A DNA stretch of 63,612 nucleotides, filler included, from Reticulomyxa filosa (taxonomy: Eukaryota; Protista; Foraminifera), in NCBI GenBank assembly GCA_000512085.1. It is 24 parts of 24 records of this genome, joined end to end, with 100 filler letters (N's around TTAATTAATTAA, not from the genome) between each part and the next. Parts side by side here need not be neighbours in the genome. Positions count along the whole stretch, not along the records: positions 62,522 to 63,612 come from ASPP01033932.1; 23 more parts are not named here. One strand, given 5' to 3'. This document shows positions 63,432 to 63,612 of the stretch, piece after piece (within the stretch, counting starts at the first letter, position 1; every line of letters starts with the position of its first letter). A program made the translations under genes and the position numbers. The notes beneath the pieces were generated by a model. That model had not been told where the DNA came from. It saw only the letters and a program-made list of their open reading frames with translations, and made no database searches.

Positions 63432-63612
63432 CAGTAGGTTGCAAAGAAAACTGAACGTCTAAAACATATCTTATGATGTAATGATTTTATCAATGAAAAG
63501 TCAACATTTAGACCTAATTTTTTTTTATTTTAAAAAAAATATCTACAAGTCTTGTAGTTTTTAAATACGATATTGATTTTTTAATAACTTTTTTTTTTGT
63601 TGGATGAAATCA
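63432..63612 (+). mobile_element. Foldback MITE complete left arm at window end
   Basis: TA|CAGTAGGTTGCAAAGAAAACTGAACGTCTAAAAC...TTGGATGAAATCA ends exactly where the arm meets the central spacer. Confidence 0.9.

Overview
This window is not one locus. It is 24 short draft contigs (about 1-9 kb) joined by 23 identical artificial 100-bp spacers (N44-TTAATTAATTAA-N44), so no synteny can be read across spacers. Almost all contigs are AT-rich eukaryotic DNA with short (about 65-170 nt) GT-AG introns and many decayed gene copies. The WD40, Kelch-like and HEAT-repeat family fragments resemble those expanded in the foraminiferan Reticulomyxa filosa (inference, not a database result). Recognisable genes, mostly truncated by contig ends: G-alpha, a G-beta pseudogene, a COPI-associated/TVP15-like protein, Na+/K+-ATPase alpha, cytosolic HSP70, DGAT2-family acyltransferase, GMC oxidoreductase, DDX55/SPB4 helicase, SCP/NIF phosphatase, NIPA-like transporter and a VPS9-associated helical region. 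Mobile DNA comprises a TA-flanked foldback Tc1/mariner-type MITE family, non-LTR retrotransposon relics with RNase H, and one GC-rich bacterial class C group II intron contig. The best hidden signal is a complete 4-exon gene (31591-32588, minus) that the ORF track splits because of an in-frame UGA in PALVGS-U-CWP. It resembles the algal/protist membrane selenoprotein MSP, and SECIS-like candidates lie downstream. Other highlights are a Cid1/GLD-2-type nucleotidyltransferase with its catalytic aspartates replaced, an AlaX-like protein lacking its zinc ligands, and introns with complementary U/G-rich 5' and A/C-rich 3' ends instead of a polypyrimidine tract.
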